From NCBI GenBank assembly GCA_028711065.1, contig JAQTSY010000004.1:34522-98521 (forward strand): a stretch of DNA of 64,000 bases. Direction: 5' to 3'. Position numbers and translations under genes: made by a program. Positions 63,697 through 64,000 of the stretch are shown in pieces. How positions within the stretch are numbered: position 1 is the first letter of the stretch; each line of letters begins with the position of its first letter. The stretch is from Minisyncoccota bacterium. Lineage in GTDB: Bacteria > Patescibacteriota > Minisyncoccia > Phycocordibacterales > JAQTLZ01. The notes beneath the pieces are model-generated. The model was not told the DNA's origin. It made no database searches and was given only the letters and a program-made list of their open reading frames with translations.

Positions 63697-64000
63697 GTGA
63701 TCAAGCGTTACGAGCAGGAAGATGTGAGAAATCGCTGCAGTAAAGAAACGAAAGTGAAGGGCTGGGACAAGACCGAACTCGCTGTCATCGAAGCAAGGGA
63801 GCATCTCGGAAGGATTTCGCACGAATGTTTCGATACCATTCGGGATGTCCTCAAGGCGCATCCTGTTGATATCGCGAAGTGGGAGGCGCTTGAAAAGGAA
63901 ATGAATCATGATCTGAATGCCTATTCCGAGGAGCGCAAAGGCTACTTGCCGGCGATGTACAAGAACGAGTTTCACCGGCAGATCACTTCCTACGACACCG
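63697..64000 (+). CDS. purB: adenylosuccinate lyase, 5' part (runs off window end)
   Basis: GGAGGAG SD and GTG at 63697; reads MIKRYEQ...W..TELAV...NHDLNA...FHRQITSYDT, matching the PurB N-terminus. Not in the ORF track. Confidence 0.85.
   Translation, partial: MIKRYEQEDVRNRCSKETKVKGWDKTELAVIEAREHLGRISHECFDTIRDVLKAHPVDIAKWEALEKEMNHDLNAYSEERKGYLPAMYKNEFHRQITSYDT

Noticed and set aside
63571-63975. 134-aa minus-strand ORF
   Set aside because: The + strand encodes the PurB N-terminus with an SD; this ORF is its shadow.

Overview
This is the origin region of a small-genome bacterium. Gene content and style (rpmH-dnaA-oriC-dnaN, compact PolA and YebC, pilB plus pilMNO, tRNAs without encoded CCA, mostly SD-less genes) point to Patescibacteria/CPR, probably Parcubacteria; the taxonomy is an inference. 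Most of the window is housekeeping: replication and repair, peptidoglycan, type IV pili, translation, and 7 tRNAs. Visibly GC-richer single-gene units with their own sigma70 promoter, SD and terminator are interspersed. The most unusual signal is a set of structured non-coding elements attached to tRNA genes. tRNA-Lys and tRNA-Val each carry a trailer with an inverted copy of their own T-arm/acceptor end, split at the same position by a 25-nt hairpin. A second two-hairpin element with compensatory changes sits at the tRNA-Arg(TCT) and tRNA-Val loci. Other highlights: a promoter-driven 6S-like rod RNA, an HTH-LAGLIDADG-like ORF that reads through tRNA-Arg(GCG), a 44-aa hyperacidic microprotein, genes bracketed by direct repeats, heptamer repeats inside coding sequences, and a fatty-acid desaturase. 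No CRISPR array, rRNA, integrase, transposase or reverse transcriptase was seen. All calls come from reading the sequence; no searches were run.
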